Shown here: positions 58,610 to 64,000 of the stretch, piece by piece
Layout: each line of letters starts with the position of its first letter
Position numbering within the stretch: the first letter of the stretch is position 1
DNA from: Vicugna vicugna
Lineage: Eukaryota
Length of the DNA: 64,000 bases
Direction of reading: 5' to 3'
NCBI GenBank assembly: GCA_013265495.1
Contig: MU057640.1
Span: 1,869,303-1,933,302 of the forward strand
The notes under the pieces: generated by a model
Told to the model about the DNA's origin: nothing
Database searches by the model: none
The model's input: only the letters and a program-made list of their open reading frames with translations
Position numbers and translations under genes: made by a program

Positions 58610-61202
58610 TATAAATAAAGTCCAAGCCTTCAGAAAGCTTATAATACATATAGAAAGTTAAGATATCCCATTACACAATACATGAGTCAGACAGGGTTGT
58701 GATGCAAATACATTTAATCCCTGTTTATGCGTTCTCTGTAACCTTTTTGAGAACATAAACATTCTTAATGTTCTAGAAAATCCTAAGTTTAAAAACGGTC
58801 ATGAGAATAACCTTAGAACTGTGACTAAAACCAGATAAGACATGGTAGACATGAAAAATCCAAATATGCTTTATTTTAAAATACTTAAATGCTCAATATA
58901 CTTAAAAACTGTAATCTGCCAAATAAAAGAATACATAATAGAATGAAGCACTAAACAGATTAATTAAAATAAGTCAGAAACATCCTGGGCATGGGGACTG
59001 CAGATCCATCACACCTAAGGATTCCATAATGTGGACTTGAATCTGGAGGTGCCAGGCTTGGAGACCACTCCACTTGGAAGGCATGGTCTCAGAGTCTGTG
59101 TTAGCAGAGACCACCAGGCTCCATTTATGCCCCTTTTCATGAGAAAAAAATCATTTTCCGTATAGGTCTAGATCCCACATATTTTCATAAGATTCCACCT
59201 CAGTCATCTGAGAACATGGCTCTCAATTTACTTGGAAAGGTTATGCTCAAATTGCTTGAGAAGGTAAAGGGAAAAGGTTCTGATGAAACAGACTGGTTTA
59301 GAATACAGATATGATAAAAGTTTAAAAAATAAGAAAGTTACTGGGGAAAGACAGAGTGTGGGTTGGAATTAGGAGGGGGGAAAATGTAAAAGGCCACAGT
59401 TTAATACTTTTGGGTTGAGTGTGGGCATAATAGGTAAATATTTGTTATTTTTAAATACTTAGGTTAAAAGCTCTTCATATTGGTGTATCTAAAAAATTAA
59501 ACCGGTGAATACAATTTAAAATGTCACTGAAAATCAGATTTAGGCTCATAAAATGTATTGAAAATTTTACAAAATCCCTAAGTATCAGGTTTAGAAGAGG
59601 TAAGTACTTCAAAAGATCTGTTAGATAATTTAAGCACTTAAAATGAATACAAATTTATGAATGCAATTTAAATTCAAGGGATCTTAAGCTATTTTTAAAA
59701 AAACCAAACCTCTTAAAAAATGATTGTTAAAATCTGTTCAACTTGTAAAGAGCTGAGTTTAAAACTCTAGGTTAATTTACAGCTTTAATAAATCTAAATT
59801 CATTGTAAAAAAAAAAAAACCAGTTTCATGAGTAACCTTTTCTGAGCAGAAACATACAAATTTACACAATAAATTTCAAAGTAAACATGCACATAAATAC
59901 ATATGCATAATTCTGCTTTGAGTATTTACAGAAGTTCTGCATGATACTGATTTCCATATGATGTTCACCTAAGAACTGAAATTCTTGGAAATCATTTAGT
60001 TCAACACCCTCATTTCCAGACCTACTAGCTTTGAATGACTCAGCCAAGATCACTCATTTTAACACCTTCATGACAAAATTAAGCAAGGCTTTTACACCTG
60101 TCACTGCAACTTTTTCACAATATACACAATACCAAGTCCATTTTCAAATGTAAAGTACCAAAGAAAAATAAGTCAGTTTCATCATTATTCACAGTAGTCC
60201 ATATTAAGATTAAAATGACTGGTTATATTAATTAAGTGGATAGAAAGAGAACAACCTCACCACTATTATTCAGAATGGTTGACAAATTCAATGGAAATGT
60301 TAATGGCCCCTCCAAATGGGAAAAGATAAAAGACTAGTTAATACAAAATGGTCTATCATACCTGCCTCTACAAAAAGAGTCAAAGATTATGAATGCTTAA
60401 AACAGGTCTAAATAAACTCTTCCCCTGCTATTACAACTCCTAAGAGTAGCAGATAACAGTGCCAAGAAACACACTAAAATGTGCAAGATCTATATAGTAA
60501 GTACAGAATTTCTTTTTTTAAGACAATGAACATTGAAAAGACTGAAAACAAAAATTTAACCGACCACTTCAGTGGAAATCAGCGTAAGCCAGATGATTAA
60601 CCTTACACTGTGCAGTTTCACTGCTTAAACCCTGTCAGCGGTACTTTTTGAGGTTTCTAGGTGACAGTGGACAGCTGTGCTAGAACAGTTTCACTTTCCC
60701 CAAGGAGATGAAAGTGCACACACACTGGGCTGTTGTCTGACTTCGTTTAAGCTTGTTCTTTACTTGATTACTTCACTAGACTCTCAGCTGAAACCAGCGC
60801 AGATCACCATACTAGCATCAAACCATAAATGGATCATAAACCCTCCCTATAACTATGCTTAACTTACATTACAGGAAAAATTTAAATGGTGTCTGCCTTT
60901 ACATGGTTTCAGTGGTCCCCTAAAATCAAACACCAAAAAACTAGAAACTACTTACATCAACTATTCCTCAGTTTTATGGATAATATTCCAAAAGGGCAAC
61001 CAAGCAATATTTAGTACTCATTTATATATTTTATTAAATTAGATTTATCAATACTGTGTTTTCAAAGAAAGATTTTCAAAGACACTGAGAATTCTATTTA
61101 TCAGCAAGCAGTACCTCATGGGAAAGCAGGTCCTTTTTCTGAAGAAAAAACCTTGAGTAAGAAAAAATTGCTTATGTTTCTGTTAAAAATACAACTGTTG
61201 CT

Positions 61203-61273
61203 TGCTTAGCATGCACAAGGTCCTGGGTTCAATCCCCAGTACCTCCTCTAAAAATAAACAAACAAACAAAACC
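61203..61273 (+). mobile_element. 5'-truncated copy of the tRNA-derived SINE
   Basis: tgcttagcatgcacaaggtcctgggttcaatccccagtacctcc plus an A-rich tail. No A box. Confidence 0.85.
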
Positions 61274-62317
61274 CAATTCTAAAGTAAGTATCTATTTTGA
61301 AAATTTTTCGCACATACTTATTGACTTAAGGTTAACTATGTTCCATAACAAACAATACCTTGGAAAGTAGTAGTATTTCCAAAGGACATGTTTCATCTTC
61401 TTAGGTTAATAGTATTTTATTGTAGTTGTCATCTTTACATTAGTGATGATGTAACCAAAACATTAACTGCCCTCTGATTTAAATAAAAGCCTCATCTATG
61501 TTACCTTCATGTAAAAGTCTATGGCTACAAATTGCTTATGTAGAAAAGCTGGTTTTACGTTTTTCCTAGGATACCACAGTGGGCAGTGGAGAGTGAAGCT
61601 GGTGTAGCAGGTGGTGTAATACGGATGGACAAACAAGATCGTTATTAAGTAACTAAAAAGGTCATAGCACCGCAAGCTCAAGATAAAGGCCTGCAGTGCC
61701 TTCTTATGCACCTTAAACATCTATATATCTTAAACACCTAATGTATCAAAACGTTATAACATCAAAACAGACAATCTGGGTGTTTTCCAATTCTATTATG
61801 CTACAATTAACTTCATGATTTTTGAGATTTGCTTATTATGTAGTTACACTCAGGTATTCCAACCAGTTCAGTCAAATCAGTGGTCTATGCTTAAAACTTA
61901 ACAGAATTGACAGATATCACCCACAACTGAGGCCAAGGCTGTGAAAAAAAAGTTTAACAAACCTCTTAAGCCATCATTAATGCAAGACACTCCTATGCTT
62001 GTCTTTTTTCTCCCAACTATTGCAACTACTTTATTATTTCGGGCTTTGTTTACTAAACTCCTGGTATCAGAGGTTTAATGGGCATTCAAGCAAACACGTG
62101 AACTGTGTATTTTAAGTAAAGATTGATCATATTTTAATTTCTTAAACTGACAGATGAATTAAAGACTTTCATGTAAAGAACAAAACTTTAAAACTTTTAG
62201 AAGAAATATCAAAGAATATCTTTATAACCTCAAGATATGGAAGATTTCTTAACCATCATTCTCAAAATATACACTATAAAGGACTGACAAATTACAATTC
62301 AGAACTTCTGTTTAAAA

Positions 62318-63290
62318 ACAGAAAGCCCAGAAACAAACACACACTTACAAGCCAATTAATCTTCGACAAAGGAGGCAAGAATATACAATGGAGAAATAGA
62401 CAGTCTCTTTAGCAAGTGGTGCTGGGAAAGCTGGACAGCCTCATGTATAGCAATGGAATTAGAACACTGCCTCACACCACATATAAAAATAAACTCAAAA
62501 TGGTTAAAGACCAAAGGTCAAAATATGAGATATGACACCAAAAGACTCCTAGAAGAGAATGCAGGCAAACATTCTCTGATATAAATTGTAGCAATGCTTT
62601 CTTAGGTTGTCTCCCAAGGCAAAAGAAATAAAAGCAAAAATAAACAAATAGGACCTAACCAAACTTAAATGCCTTTGCACAGCAAAAGAAACCATCAACA
62701 AAACAAAAAGACAACCTACAAAATGGGAGAAAATATTTGCAAATGAGGCAACTGACAAGGGACTAATTTCCAATTTCTTATAAACAGCTCATACAGCTCA
62801 ATATCAAAAAAACAAACAACTAAACAGACATTTGTCCAAAGAAGACATACAGATGGCCAATAGGTACATGAAAAGATGCTCAATATTGCTAATTATTAGA
62901 GAAATGTAAATCAAAACCACAGTGAGGTATCACTTCACACCAATCAGAATGGCCATCATCAAAAAATCTACAAATAATAAATGTTGGAGAGAATGTGGAG
63001 AAAAGGGAACCTTCCTACACTGTTGATGGGAATGTAAATTGATGAAACCACTGTGGAAAACAATACGGAAATTCCTAAAAAAAAAAAAAATAACTAAAAA
63101 CAGAGTTACCATATGATCAAGCAATCCCACTTCTGGACATTTATCTGGAAAAAATGAAAATTCTACTTCAAAAAGATATATGTACACCAATGTTCATAGC
63201 AGCACTATTTATAATAGCTAAAAGACCTGGAAGCAACCTAGGTGTCCATCAACAGATGACTGGATAAAGATGTGGGGTGTACACACGTAT

Positions 63291-63322
<32 letters not shown>

Positions 63323-63765
63323 AGGAATACTACTCAGCCATAAAAAATGAAACACTGCCCTTTATAGCAACATGGATGACCTCAGAGAACATTAACTAAG
63401 AGAAGGAAGTCAGTCAAACGTTATATGATATCACTTATACGTGAAATCTAAAAAAAAAAATAAATGAATATATCTACAACACAGAAACAGACTCACTAAC
63501 ACAGAAAAGAAACACGGTTACCAAAAGGGAAGGGCTAGGGATAGGGTAAAATCAGAGGAGTATGGGACTTACAGATACACACTACTATATATTAAATAGA
63601 TTAACAACAAGGATTTACTCTATAACACAGAGAACAATATTCAGTATTTTGTAATAAACTACAATGGAAAATAATCTGAAATATATATACATGTAACTGA
63701 ACCACTCTGCTGTATACCTGAAACTAACACAATGTTGTAAATCAAGTATACCTAAATTTTTAAAA
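62318..63765 (+). mobile_element. 5'-truncated L1 (ORF2 end plus 3' UTR) with an internal (CA)n at about 63290-63317, nested in an older L1M (about 62140-64000)
   Basis: Colinear with the L1 at 14305-16768. The 3' end reads ctgaaactaacacaatgttgtaaatcaagtatac. Confidence 0.92.
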
Positions 63766-64000
63766 AGAGAACACCTATTTATTGAGAGAAACTATAAACT
63801 GAGTGAAAAGGCAAGCCACAGACTAGAAAATTAATTAAAACATGTATCACTGTATATATGTATGTGTATGTATATAATACACATATTATATAAAGAATGC
63901 CTCCAAAATCAATAAAAAAAAGGGCAAACAAACCAATGAAAATAAAGGACTACTAGATAGACCTTACATATAAAAAGAAGTATGAATAGCCAATAAAAAT

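Overview
Mammalian, AT-rich, repeat-dense genomic DNA, most likely from a camelid (tRNA-derived SINEs of the Vic-1 type and artiodactyl-style L1 3' ends). The whole window lies inside PCNX1 (pecanex 1) on the minus strand. Ten coding exons, inferred to be exons 2-11 and totalling 2,840 nt, join through GT-AG sites into one uninterrupted frame. Exon 1 lies beyond the right edge and exon 12 onward beyond the left edge. The introns hold L1, L2, MIR, MaLR LTR, hAT and Tigger relics, with several nested insertions showing target-site duplications (TSDs). There are no prokaryotic systems, CRISPR arrays or real tRNA genes. The most interesting signal is a possible hidden alternative-splicing module in exons 6-11, which encode the disordered loop. 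It comprises a 58-nt candidate exon resembling a mutually exclusive paralogue of exon 9, a recursive-type AG|GTAAGT site at the start of exon 9 that could enforce that exclusivity, frame-preserving 27-nt and 36-nt candidate microexons, RBFOX motifs after exon 7, tandem acceptors and a possible alternative last exon. All are predictions from sequence alone and may already be annotated; RNA-seq and conservation checks are needed.
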